Shown one piece after another: positions 20,101 through 29,687 of a stretch of 64,000 nt of DNA. How positions within the stretch are numbered: position 1 is the stretch's first letter; each line of letters opens with the position of its first letter. The stretch is taken from assembly GCA_963743775.1 (NCBI GenBank), contig CAVURA010000011.1, positions 42,864 through 106,863 of the forward strand. The letters run 5' to 3'. The stretch is from an uncultured Bacteroidales bacterium. GTDB taxonomy: Bacteria > Bacteroidota > Bacteroidia > Bacteroidales > VadinHA17. A program made the translations under genes and the position numbers. A model generated the notes under the pieces. That model was not told the origin of the DNA, made no database searches, and saw only the letters and a program-made list of their open reading frames with translations.

Positions 20101-21321
20101 ATGAAATTGGGAAATCTTTTTAAAGTCGCAATGAACGCGTTGAGGCGCAATAAGATGCGATCATTCCTGACAATGCTTGGTATCATCATAGGTGTTGCTT
20201 CGGTAATAACCATGCTTGCCATTGGCCAGGGATCAAAGAAAAGCATCGAGGATCAGATCTCGAGCATGGGATCCAACATGCTGTTTGTGATGCCGGGCAC
20301 TATGAGAATGGGAGGAGTACAGCAGGGAAGTGCAAGCTCTCAGAGGCTCACCGTTGCTGACATGAACGCTATTAAAACCGGATGCGATGCCATTATTGCC
20401 GTTTCGCCTGAGGTAAGAAGCAGCGGCCAGGCTGTGTACGGTAGTTCAAACTGGCCGACAACCATCTACGGGGGCAACGAAGAATATCTTGAGATCAGAA
20501 GCTGGAGCATTGTCAGCGGACGCAACATCACCGACAGCGAGGCAAAGGGTTCTGCCAAAGTCTGCCTCATTGGCCGTACGGTGGCTGATGAACTTTTCGG
20601 CGAGGGAATTGATCCGACCGGTGAGACCATACGTTTTAAAAATATCCCCTTTAAAATAATAGGGGTCCTTAAAGAGAAGGGACAGAACAGTTTCGGACAG
20701 GACCAGGATGATGTGCTTATTGCTCCTTATACCACTGTGCAGAAAAGGATCCTGGCCCAGACACACATACAGTCCATTCAGATGTCTGCCAGGAGTGCAG
20801 AAGAATCATCCCTTGCCCAGGAACAGGTTACGGAGGTGCTGCGTCAGACGCATAAACTGCGTGATAATGAAGATGATGACTTTACGATAAGAAGTCAGGA
20901 GGAACTGGCAACGACCATGACCTCAGTAACGGATATTCTGACTATCCTGCTCGGAGCAATAGCCGGCATATCATTGCTTGTAGGCGGTATCGGGATCATG
21001 AATATCATGTATGTCTCCGTCACCGAACGCACCAGGGAGATCGGACTGAGGATGTCTCTGGGAGGGCGCGGGGCAGACATTCTGATGCAGTTTCTTTTTG
21101 AATCGATATTGCTGAGCGTGTTCGGAGGCCTGATAGGCATATTGCTGGGACTGCTGGCCTCCCGAGTGGTGGCTGCCCTGACCTCATGGCCGATAACGGT
21201 CATGATGGGTTCGGTGATACTTTCTTTTGTGGTCTGTACCGCCATAGGCGTGTTTTTCGGATGGTATCCTGCACGCAAGGCATCAGAACTTGATCCGATA
21301 GAGGCGCTGAGATACGAATAA
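20101..21321 (+). CDS. MacB/FtsX-type ABC transporter permease
   Basis: It has an N-terminal TM helix, a large MacB periplasmic domain and a C-terminal FtsX 3-TM module (GGIGIMNIMYVSVTERTREIGLRMSLG). Confidence 0.85.
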   Translation: MKLGNLFKVAMNALRRNKMRSFLTMLGIIIGVASVITMLAIGQGSKKSIEDQISSMGSNMLFVMPGTMRMGGVQQGSASSQRLTVADMNAIKTGCDAIIAVSPEVRSSGQAVYGSSNWPTTIYGGNEEYLEIRSWSIVSGRNITDSEAKGSAKVCLIGRTVADELFGEGIDPTGETIRFKNIPFKIIGVLKEKGQNSFGQDQDDVLIAPYTTVQKRILAQTHIQSIQMSARSAEESSLAQEQVTEVLRQTHKLRDNEDDDFTIRSQEELATTMTSVTDILTILLGAIAGISLLVGGIGIMNIMYVSVTERTREIGLRMSLGGRGADILMQFLFESILLSVFGGLIGILLGLLASRVVAALTSWPITVMMGSVILSFVVCTAIGVFFGWYPARKASELDPIEALRYE

Positions 21322-21355
21322 AGAATAAATCAAAATTGTTAGCTTTGAGGTTGAT

Positions 21356-22462
21356 ATGGCTGCAAGAAGAATGATAAAGGAAAGAAAAGGAATGCCTGGC
21401 GTGCTGCTGCACGTCACCGGATGGATAATTCTGTTTATCCTGCCGCAGTTCCTTGTTACAGGCGGCGGGTTTGAAGATACCCGTACGACACTTATAATCT
21501 TCTTTAACACCCTTGTCTTCGGCATTATCTTTTATATCAACTATCTGTGGCTGGTTCCCTTAATTCTGCACAAAGGCAGGTGGCCCATGTATGTTGGCGC
21601 CATGCTCGCGCTGGTGATAACCGTTCATTTCGTATCCAACTTTGCATTCCAGAAGGCTTTTCCTCCTCCGCCGGAAGTTGAGCAGCGTATGCGTGATGCG
21701 AATCAGAAGGATGACAGCCACAGGAAAGGCAGACGCTCATTTGCTCGGATGATCACGTATAACTACTTTATCACCGCCTTTCTCGTTACCGGTTTTGCCG
21801 TGGGATTGCGTTCGGTGGAGCAGTCTTTAAAGAAAGAAAGCGAGATCAAGGAGCTTGAGCAGGAGAAGCTCAATTCTGAACTGGCGCTTCTGAAGAACCA
21901 GGTCAGTCCCCACTTCTTCTTTAACACCCTGAACAATATTTATTCGCTCATTGAGATCAACCAGAAAGATGCCCAGGAGGCTGTCCTGAGTCTTTCAAAA
22001 CTTATGCGTTACATGCTGTACGAATCAGAACAGGGTAATACAAAACTCAGCAGGGAACTTGATTTCATGAAGGTCTACATTGATCTCATGAAACTGCGCA
22101 TCAGCGATAAAGTGGAACTCTCCGTGGATTTTCCTGAAAAGTACGATGATATTGACATACCGCCGCTGCTGTTCATCCCTTTCATTGAAAACGCATTCAA
22201 GCACGGTGTGAGTGTCCGGAAAAATGCTTTCATCCGTATCGGGTTGTTCAGGGAAGGTGATGATATCCGCTTCACTGCAGTCAACAGCATTAATCAGGTG
22301 AACAATGGTTCGCCGGAAGCTGATTCAGGTATTGGGCTTGAAAATGTCCGCAAGAGACTGGCGCTGCTCTATCCCGGAAGGCATGAGCTAAACATCAGCG
22401 ACGACGGTACGGTATACAATGTTGAACTGAAAATTAATACAGGAAGTCAGCCGGTGTCATGA
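21356..22462 (+). CDS. LytS/YehU-family sensor histidine kinase
   Basis: Multi-TM N-terminus. The His_kinase (PF06580-type) motif QVSPHFFFNTLNNIYSL is present, followed by an HATPase region (FIENAFKHG, GIGLENVRKRL). Confidence 0.8.
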   Translation: MAARRMIKERKGMPGVLLHVTGWIILFILPQFLVTGGGFEDTRTTLIIFFNTLVFGIIFYINYLWLVPLILHKGRWPMYVGAMLALVITVHFVSNFAFQKAFPPPPEVEQRMRDANQKDDSHRKGRRSFARMITYNYFITAFLVTGFAVGLRSVEQSLKKESEIKELEQEKLNSELALLKNQVSPHFFFNTLNNIYSLIEINQKDAQEAVLSLSKLMRYMLYESEQGNTKLSRELDFMKVYIDLMKLRISDKVELSVDFPEKYDDIDIPPLLFIPFIENAFKHGVSVRKNAFIRIGLFREGDDIRFTAVNSINQVNNGSPEADSGIGLENVRKRLALLYPGRHELNISDDGTVYNVELKINTGSQPVS

Positions 22463-23172
22463 TAAAGGTCGTGGCCATAGATGATGAGCCGCTGGCGCTA
22501 CAGCTGGTGAAGGGTTATATCGAAAAGACACCTTTCCTTGAACTGGCAGGGTCCTTTGATAATCCGGTTGACGCTGTGGTTTATATCAGGTCGTCTGATG
22601 TCGATCTTGTGCTGCTCGATATTCAGATGCCTGACATTACAGGCACTGAGCTTGCCAGGGTCATCAGCGGAGGACCGAAGATAATATTCACCACTGCTTA
22701 CGAGAAATATGCCCTTGAGGGATTCCGGCTTGATGCCGTCGATTATCTGCTGAAACCGTTCAGCTATGCAGAGTTCCTGAAAGCGGTGCAGAAGGCCCAG
22801 AAGCTTATTGACCTTGAAACAAAACAGCTGCCATCGCTTGAGGTGAAGAATGACTTCCTCTTTATCAAGTCAGATTACAAGATCAGGCGGATAAACTTTT
22901 CAGAGATAAATTATATTGAGGGGCTGCGGGATTATGTAAAGATATTTCTGACGGAGGAGAAGAAGCCTGTGCTGTCACTTTCGACACTGAAAGCGCTTGA
23001 AGCCAGGTTGCCGGAAGACAGGTTCATGCGGGTGCACCGGTCGTTTATTGTCAGCCTTGAGAAGGTAAAGGTCATCGACCGCAATCGCATTGTCTTTGGC
23101 GAAGTGCGTATACCCGTGACAGATCAGTACAAAGAGAATTTTCAGAAGTTTCTTGACGGGAATTTTATCTGA
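22459..23172 (+). CDS. LytTR-family response regulator
   Basis: The receiver domain (VVAIDDEPLAL...LVLLDIQMPDITG) is followed by a C-terminal LytTR DNA-binding domain (INYIEGLRDYVKIF...RVHRSFIV). The start overlaps the kinase stop (ATGA at 22459..22462). Confidence 0.85.
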   Translation: MIKVVAIDDEPLALQLVKGYIEKTPFLELAGSFDNPVDAVVYIRSSDVDLVLLDIQMPDITGTELARVISGGPKIIFTTAYEKYALEGFRLDAVDYLLKPFSYAEFLKAVQKAQKLIDLETKQLPSLEVKNDFLFIKSDYKIRRINFSEINYIEGLRDYVKIFLTEEKKPVLSLSTLKALEARLPEDRFMRVHRSFIVSLEKVKVIDRNRIVFGEVRIPVTDQYKENFQKFLDGNFI

Positions 23173-23213
23173 TTATTACCGGCTGACTCCCGACGGCCAA
23201 TCACAGCTCTTGC

Positions 23214-25856
23214 TCATCTTAATCCGAACCTGTATGAAAGCTTGAGAAGGAAAACGTTATAAGGCTTGTTGTCCACAAAGAGATCACTTGCCTGTTGTCC
23301 AAGGTCAAATACTCCGGTATCGGAAGAATACTCACGTTGTTGTGACCAGACGAAGTAGGCCGTTGAACCCGGAAGGAACTCCCAGCGGACCACAAAGTTG
23401 TGCAGGAACTCACTTATGTTGAAATCAGGTTTCTCAAAGGTGTAATCAACCATTCCGTCCCTGTTTTCATCGACAAAGTAAGTGCCCTCGGTCTCATCGT
23501 AGCTGATCTGATCCGATGTGTACAAATGAAACCGGTCAGTATATTCATCAGCAACAGGGTCTGTGATATATTTGTAATCGGTGTACAATCCCGAACCGAA
23601 AAACGGCTGTCCCCAGTACTGGATAGTAAGGTCAGGAGTTATGCTGTAATCTACTCTTAAAGACAAACTCAGGATTTTCTGATCGATTGAGCCGAAAATA
23701 TACCGTGGTGTATAAACCCCGCTTGTAACAGAGGTCTCGGTGACGTACTGCATTGTGTTGATCATCTTCTCCAGTGCGGGTTCAACACTGAGGCTCAGGG
23801 TGCTGACAGGCTTATAACTGAATTCCAGGCTTAGGCCAACGCTTTTATAAACATCCTCAAACCCCCAGTTGTAGTTTCCGTTAATCTCAGCCACAAACTT
23901 TTTTCGGTTATTGGAATCAAAGCCTCCGTACAGGCCGGCATTTCCTGGCATTTTCATTGAAGGTCCGCCGCGCAGTAAATGGTTATCTGTCTCCTCGCCA
24001 TAAACCTGTCCGCCTATATAGACCGACCACAGGTTCTTAAAATATGCCTGCCATGAGAATTCGTCTCCGAGGTTAGTTAACGTTCCTCCAAAATCGTGAG
24101 CGTGTATGATATTTGTCCCGAAGCTCATCTGGTTGAATATGCTGAACGGTTTGTAGATATTGTAGTTGAATACAAGGGCACCAATATACTGGTCCGCTAT
24201 CCGCAGATACCCTATGTCATTCAGTTCCAGTCCGGGCGATTTCCAGGCAGACAGGTAAATGACGTTGAAATTCCCGCCTATTTTCCCTGTCATAAGGTTA
24301 CCCCCGAAACCGCTGAGGGAAGTGCGGGTGGAGTCATATTCGACATAATCGGCATCAGGCCTCTCAAAGTTATGGATCGCAGACCGTTGTGTGCGTGCAA
24401 TGGCATTCTCACTGCCCTGGATATTGCTGAAGGCTGTCCGCAACTGGAAGATATAGTTCTTTTCACCGAAGTACTGTGTAAAATCTATGCCGCCTGAGGT
24501 GGCATTCCTGTGGAAATAATCTTCGGTGTCATCGTCAAGCGACCTGATTGTATTGGTGAGCATTCCTCCTATGATTGTGTTACCGTCGTTAATGTCTTTC
24601 TGTATCCTTCCGATGGCATAGTTGGCGAGTGGTTCGGCAGTGACGTGGGTTGTCTCATCGCTGGCTTCGTTATAGACCTTTGTACTGACCTGAGCAGTGA
24701 CTGCCTCGAGTGCTCCTACAGACCATCCGTTTGCAGACTTCCCGGTCAGCTTTGCAGCGCCGATGATCGGAGTAAATGAGGGAGTGTAGGCATATTCATC
24801 ACTTTCGGCTGAATATGGCAATCTCGGACTGCGGCCTATCCTCCTGGAATAAAAGAGATTGTCATTCCCGGAACTGCCCTCGCCCAGCCCAAGGCTATAG
24901 CTGGTGATATTCTGGCTCTCGACAAAAAACGGTCTTTTCTCCTGGAAATATGATTCGAAAGCGGTGAGGTTCACCTCCGAAGGATCGGCTTCCACCTGGC
25001 CAAAGTCGGGGTTAACCGTCAGGCTCATTATCATATTGTTAGTGACTCCGATCTTGGCATCAAGTCCGGCATTTACTTTAAAGTCGGTACCGTCAATCCA
25101 TGGATTACCCTCTTCGCCTTCATACGTCTCAAGCTTGGCAACACCGTAAGGGGTAATGTCAAATTGGGTACGCGGCTTTATATCCCTGAGACCTTGAAGA
25201 AGGCCGGCATTGTGTACCAGTCCGGAAGCATTCCTCGCGATAGGCTGCCACATATCAGTCTCATCATATCTGTAGATATTCCGTATTATTTCAAGTCCCC
25301 AAACCTGGTCTTCGCTTGCTGAAAAGCGAAGCTGGGTAAGAGGTATGCGCATTTCTGCTGCCCATCCCCAGCTGTAAATAGCAGTTTTTACGTACCAGAT
25401 AGGATCAAACGTCTCATCTTCGTTCATGCCATCATCTGTCCATACCAGGTCACCTTTGACGCCTGCGGCACTGACACCGAAGCCGAATGCTGTACGCTGG
25501 TCAAAGTATGAATCAAATGCTACAATGACCTCATCGCCATCAATTTCATCCCGGCGTGTCATGCGTGAGACAATGCTGTCAGGAGCTGTGTCATAGGCTT
25601 TTATGGCGACATAGATATTATTGTCGTCATAAAGGACCTTGAATTCTGTCTTTTGCCTTACATGGCCTCCTTCATAGGGACTATTCTGCCAGAAATCTCC
25701 GCCCCACTCACCCTGGCTCCAGGCTTCATCCTCAAGCACTCCGTCAATGGCAGGGGGATTGCTCGTCCTGATCGTAGTGTAAATCTTTTTTTCATAATCC
25801 TGGCCACTTAACCAGAGAGGAATTAGCAGCAGGAGCGGGAAGAAATATTTCTTCAT
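23214..25856 (-). CDS. DUF5916-like outer-membrane protein with N-terminal CBM9/DOMON-like domain (paralogue 1)
   Basis: It has a signal peptide, an N-terminal IDGVLEDEAW...KTEFKVLYDDNNIYVAIKAYD module, the motif NPDFGQVEADPSEVNLTAFE, and a beta-barrel-like C-terminus (LLKLSYRFGLR). The family name is recalled from memory. Confidence 0.55.
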   Translation of the reverse strand: MKKYFFPLLLLIPLWLSGQDYEKKIYTTIRTSNPPAIDGVLEDEAWSQGEWGGDFWQNSPYEGGHVRQKTEFKVLYDDNNIYVAIKAYDTAPDSIVSRMTRRDEIDGDEVIVAFDSYFDQRTAFGFGVSAAGVKGDLVWTDDGMNEDETFDPIWYVKTAIYSWGWAAEMRIPLTQLRFSASEDQVWGLEIIRNIYRYDETDMWQPIARNASGLVHNAGLLQGLRDIKPRTQFDITPYGVAKLETYEGEEGNPWIDGTDFKVNAGLDAKIGVTNNMIMSLTVNPDFGQVEADPSEVNLTAFESYFQEKRPFFVESQNITSYSLGLGEGSSGNDNLFYSRRIGRSPRLPYSAESDEYAYTPSFTPIIGAAKLTGKSANGWSVGALEAVTAQVSTKVYNEASDETTHVTAEPLANYAIGRIQKDINDGNTIIGGMLTNTIRSLDDDTEDYFHRNATSGGIDFTQYFGEKNYIFQLRTAFSNIQGSENAIARTQRSAIHNFERPDADYVEYDSTRTSLSGFGGNLMTGKIGGNFNVIYLSAWKSPGLELNDIGYLRIADQYIGALVFNYNIYKPFSIFNQMSFGTNIIHAHDFGGTLTNLGDEFSWQAYFKNLWSVYIGGQVYGEETDNHLLRGGPSMKMPGNAGLYGGFDSNNRKKFVAEINGNYNWGFEDVYKSVGLSLEFSYKPVSTLSLSVEPALEKMINTMQYVTETSVTSGVYTPRYIFGSIDQKILSLSLRVDYSITPDLTIQYWGQPFFGSGLYTDYKYITDPVADEYTDRFHLYTSDQISYDETEGTYFVDENRDGMVDYTFEKPDFNISEFLHNFVVRWEFLPGSTAYFVWSQQREYSSDTGVFDLGQQASDLFVDNKPYNVFLLKLSYRFGLR

Positions 25857-25913
25857 AGGGCGGTTTTGCGCAGGTTAAGATAAAACAGCCCAAATTTATG
25901 CAAAAAAACTTAC

Positions 25914-28544
25914 CTACCTAAGGCCGAACCTGTAGGTAAATTTTACCAGAAAAACATTATAGGGTTTTTCGGAAGTGTACAACTTATCAAGATTCTGATC
26001 CAATGAGAATGAACCTGTCGGCTCATAATAATTTCGTGTCTGCGACCATACGAGGTAAAGAGTTGATCCGGGACGGAATTCCCAGCGGGCAACCAGGTTT
26101 GACAAAAACTCATCATAATTGTAATCAGGATTGTCAAAAGTGTATGTGACTGTGCCGGCATTATTTTCATCAACAGAATAGCTGTTCTCTTCCTCATTAT
26201 ACGCTATCTCACTGTCGGTAAAAATATGATAGCGGTCTGCAAGGTTCTCTGCCCGCGGATCTGTTACCTTCTTATACTTGCTGTAATCCATCGCTGCCAG
26301 GAAGGGCTGTCCCCAGTACTGGATGGTAAGCTCGGGTGTTATATTATAATTCAGCCTTATGGACATACTGACAACCTGCTGATCAATCTGGCTGAGAATA
26401 TAACGGTCGTCATCCGGAATGTATGTTACATACTGCATTGTGTTGCTGTTTTTTGAAAATGAAGGAGACAGTGTTACTGAAAAAGACTGTCCGGGCTTGG
26501 CTGTCAGGTTAAATCCTGCTGCCCATGATTCGGAAGATTCTTCCCGGCCTTTTCCGGCGTTGACCCATAGTGTGCCGTAGATCATTTTTGAGCTGTTGGA
26601 GCCGACGCTGGCATAGTAGTTTATGTTTGCAGGTGTCAGCATTGAGGGACCCCCGCGTAAGAGGGTGTTGGAAAGAGATTCGCCTTCATAATTAGCACCA
26701 ATATTAGTGGACCAAAGGTTTTTAAATTCAGTATAGATGCTCAGGTTACCACCGGTGAACAGATGGGTGCCACCATAATCCCAACCGGTCCAGGCATTGA
26801 AGTTCGGTCTTATCTGTCTGAAGATGCTGAATGGCTTATCAAATGAATAGGCAGACCATATCCCTGTCATAAGTGCGTCTGCGCTCTGCAGGTAACCAAC
26901 GTCATTGAGATCATACCCGGGAGATTTGAAGTAGCCGAATGCCATAAAATTCCAGTGGCCGCCCACTCTTCCTGCCTGTACGTTACCTCCATAGCCGTTC
27001 AGTGATGTGCGTGTCGTATCAACTTCAACATAATCCGCATCGGGCCGCTGGTAATAATGCACTGACGAATACTGCAGGTTTTCAATTGCCGTTGTGCTGC
27101 CGGTAAGGTTGCTTGCTCCCGCTGCTGTTGACAAAAACCAATTCCTGTCATCGCCGAAATAATGTTTGAAGTCAAGTCCGGCGGTGTTGGCATTGTGTAC
27201 AAGCCCGTCAATTCCGGTTCCGTCAAGAAAGCGGTGAGTATTGGTATATGCTCCTCCGACGACGGTTTTGCCTCCGTTAAAATCCTTCATGACCCTTGAG
27301 ATAAAATAGTTGGATAACGGCTCAACGGTCTGCCACGTTCTTTCTCCGAGAGAGTCAATTTCTGCTTTTCCCTCCGCTGTCACTGCTTCCAGCACGCCGA
27401 TTGAAAGACCGTCAGGGGTCTTGCCTGTAATTTTGGCGGCGCTGATGATAGGTGTAACACGGGGAGTACTGGCAAACTCATTTGTTTCTGTTTCTGCGCC
27501 CATATGAGGGCTACGGCCTATCCTCCTCGAATAAAAAAGGTTGTCATAACCGATATCTCCGTCGCCGATGCCGGTTTTAAAACTTGTGATGTTATTGCCC
27601 TCAACGAAGAAGGGTCTTTTCTCTTCAAAAAAGGTTTCAAATGCGGTGAGGTTCACTACCGAAGGGTCAGCTTCCACCTGTCCAAAATCAGGATTAACTG
27701 TCAGGTCGAGTGTCATGTCGTTGGTAATACCGAATTTGGCATCGAGTCCTCCGTTGATTTTCCAGTTGGTGCCAGTAGCAAAAGGATTACCTTCTACTTT
27801 TTCAAATTTTTCAAGGCTGCCAACTACAAAAGGTGTTATGTCTGCCTGTTTTCTTGGCTTGATACCGGTCAGGCCGGTCATCTCGCCGAAGTTATGCACG
27901 AAACCGGAAGCGTTCCTGTCAACATGTTGCCATACTGACGTCTCCTGCTTGCGGAAAAGCTGACGAAGGACTTCCATTCCCCAGACCCCTCCTTCAGATA
28001 TTCTGAACCTGAGCTGCGTCAGGGGTATTCTCAGTTCTGCTGCCCACCCCCAGTCGTACATCCCGGCATCAGTGTACCATATAGGATCCCAGGTATCATC
28101 TTGTGACTGGCCATCGCTGACCCATATAAAATCGTTTTTCACCCCTGCGGCGTTAACGACAAAGGCAAAACCGGTCTGGAGATCATGGTAGCTGTCGAAA
28201 GAAATACCGACAAAATCGCCGTCAGCGTTATCCCTGCGCGAAATACGGCGGCTTATGCTGTCAGGAGCTGTATCATAGGCTTTAATGGCAACATAGATAT
28301 TATTGTCATCATAGAGTACTTTAAACTCGGTCTTCTGGCTTGATACACCACCGTTGACCGGCTCATATTGAACAAAATCGCCGTCCCAGACGCCGGCCTG
28401 CCACGCTTCATCCTCAATAGATCCGTCAATGACCGGAGCCTGTGATGTAAATGTTGCGTTATAACTTCTCTTTGGTATGGAGTCCTGTGCGCTTAGTAGG
28501 GTGCATAATATCACAGCCAGGGCAGTCAATGCGATTCTTTTCAT
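25914..28544 (-). CDS. DUF5916-like outer-membrane protein with N-terminal CBM9/DOMON-like domain (paralogue 2)
   Basis: It is colinear with 23214..25856 along its whole length. Shared motifs are KTEFKVLYDDNNIYVAIKAYDTAPDSI, NPDFGQVEADPS, NLFYSRRIGRSP and a C-terminal FTYRFGLR. Confidence 0.55.
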   Translation of the reverse strand: MKRIALTALAVILCTLLSAQDSIPKRSYNATFTSQAPVIDGSIEDEAWQAGVWDGDFVQYEPVNGGVSSQKTEFKVLYDDNNIYVAIKAYDTAPDSISRRISRRDNADGDFVGISFDSYHDLQTGFAFVVNAAGVKNDFIWVSDGQSQDDTWDPIWYTDAGMYDWGWAAELRIPLTQLRFRISEGGVWGMEVLRQLFRKQETSVWQHVDRNASGFVHNFGEMTGLTGIKPRKQADITPFVVGSLEKFEKVEGNPFATGTNWKINGGLDAKFGITNDMTLDLTVNPDFGQVEADPSVVNLTAFETFFEEKRPFFVEGNNITSFKTGIGDGDIGYDNLFYSRRIGRSPHMGAETETNEFASTPRVTPIISAAKITGKTPDGLSIGVLEAVTAEGKAEIDSLGERTWQTVEPLSNYFISRVMKDFNGGKTVVGGAYTNTHRFLDGTGIDGLVHNANTAGLDFKHYFGDDRNWFLSTAAGASNLTGSTTAIENLQYSSVHYYQRPDADYVEVDTTRTSLNGYGGNVQAGRVGGHWNFMAFGYFKSPGYDLNDVGYLQSADALMTGIWSAYSFDKPFSIFRQIRPNFNAWTGWDYGGTHLFTGGNLSIYTEFKNLWSTNIGANYEGESLSNTLLRGGPSMLTPANINYYASVGSNSSKMIYGTLWVNAGKGREESSESWAAGFNLTAKPGQSFSVTLSPSFSKNSNTMQYVTYIPDDDRYILSQIDQQVVSMSIRLNYNITPELTIQYWGQPFLAAMDYSKYKKVTDPRAENLADRYHIFTDSEIAYNEEENSYSVDENNAGTVTYTFDNPDYNYDEFLSNLVARWEFRPGSTLYLVWSQTRNYYEPTGSFSLDQNLDKLYTSEKPYNVFLVKFTYRFGLR

Positions 28545-28732
28545 GGTAGTAGGATAAACTGTCTAAAATGCATGTCCGGAATAAAGACCTGCGGCGAATG
28601 TGTTTTGCTGCTTAATTGTCGTTATTTAGAATTAATCCAAATTAGGCAGTAGAGGACCGGGCGTCAAATCCTGACATGGTATGTCGGGATAGCGAAGGCG
28701 CCAGATTGCAGGGCAGGCAATAGTGCTGGAAA

Positions 28733-29215
28733 TCAGAAGAGTTCGTACGGATTACCGGTATGGGCGAGGAATTTAAAAAGCCCGTCGCGAGGTATTATGA
28801 GCGATGCAGTGTTCGTATTGGGATGGAATGAGAGCCGCTCATGGCTGAGGAGGGTTTTATCGATAAAAAGATGTACGTGGTGTGTATGATCATTAATTAA
28901 ACCAAACGGTGAGACTGAGCCGGGAGTGAGACCGAGATACTGCATCAGACGGCGGTCGGATGCAAATGACAGTTTGCCCTGGTGGAGCTGTTTTTCGAGA
29001 TCGTGGATCTTCAGTTGTGAGCTGTAGTACAAAATGACAAGGTAATGTCTGTCGCCTTTGTGATTACGGAGGAAAATGTTTTTACAGTGGCCTGATTCTA
29101 TGCCAGACCAATATTTCATAGCCTCCTCAACCGTGGGTACGGGAGGGTGTTCAATGTACTCAAAGGAAATCTGAAGGTCATTGAGCAGAGCATACAGTTC
29201 TGCCGGTCCTCTCAT
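28733..29215 (-). CDS. YbaK/ProX-like aminoacyl-tRNA-synthetase-associated (trans-editing) domain protein
   Basis: 160 aa. Motifs are HCKNIFLRNHKG, YLVIL, GLTPGSVSPFGL and LSFHPNTNTASL, typical of stand-alone prolyl-tRNA-synthetase-associated domains. Confidence 0.65.
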   Translation of the reverse strand: MRGPAELYALLNDLQISFEYIEHPPVPTVEEAMKYWSGIESGHCKNIFLRNHKGDRHYLVILYYSSQLKIHDLEKQLHQGKLSFASDRRLMQYLGLTPGSVSPFGLINDHTHHVHLFIDKTLLSHERLSFHPNTNTASLIIPRDGLFKFLAHTGNPYELF

Positions 29216-29625
29216 TGATCACTTTTCGATTTGGGGCAATACTTGAATTCTATCTCGCAGAGCAGTGCGAGGTCTTCACCTGCCTCCCGGTGGTCTGAAT
29301 CTTCAGCGTCATAATGCCATTCGATGACAACAGGAATTCCTTCATTGTTTAAATCCTTGAGCTGAGTGAAGATGTCAAAAAGGAATTTGGCCGAGGATGA
29401 ATTGAAATACTCAAGATCAATCTTAAAAGTGAGGGGTTTCTTATCCGTATACGGATTGTTTTTTTTCACTTCTGCAGTGAATTCCTTCATCCATGCCAGC
29501 ACCGGATAATAAATCTCGCGTACATCCTCTGGAGCAGAATTTCCCGAAATAATAAATCTGTTCTCCCCGGGGGATAAAAAAATCTCCGGTGATATATCTG
29601 TTGCGTGATGTACGAAGTTGTTCAT
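29212..29625 (-). CDS. DUF1987 (SiaC-family) partner-switch protein
   Basis: 137 aa. The pattern matches SiaC/DUF1987: TDISPEIFLSPGENRFIISGNSAPEDVREIYYPVLAWMKEF, LEYFNSSSAKFLFDIF, IEWHYDAEDSD. Its stop overlaps the next gene's start (ATGA at 29212..29215). Confidence 0.7.
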   Translation of the reverse strand: MNNFVHHATDISPEIFLSPGENRFIISGNSAPEDVREIYYPVLAWMKEFTAEVKKNNPYTDKKPLTFKIDLEYFNSSSAKFLFDIFTQLKDLNNEGIPVVIEWHYDAEDSDHREAGEDLALLCEIEFKYCPKSKSDQ

Positions 29626-29687
29626 TGTTCCCCTTTTTGCAAATTTGCATTTTTTTTGGCAAAAGTCAACAGCAGGGTATTAACAAA

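Noticed and set aside
28545-28732. tRNA or other small RNA genes in the longer intergenic gaps (also 38084..38258, 39086..39316, 62175..62367)
   Set aside because: I found no T-loop (GTTCGAATC-like) or cloverleaf arrangement by eye. This is a weak negative that tRNAscan/Infernal should confirm.
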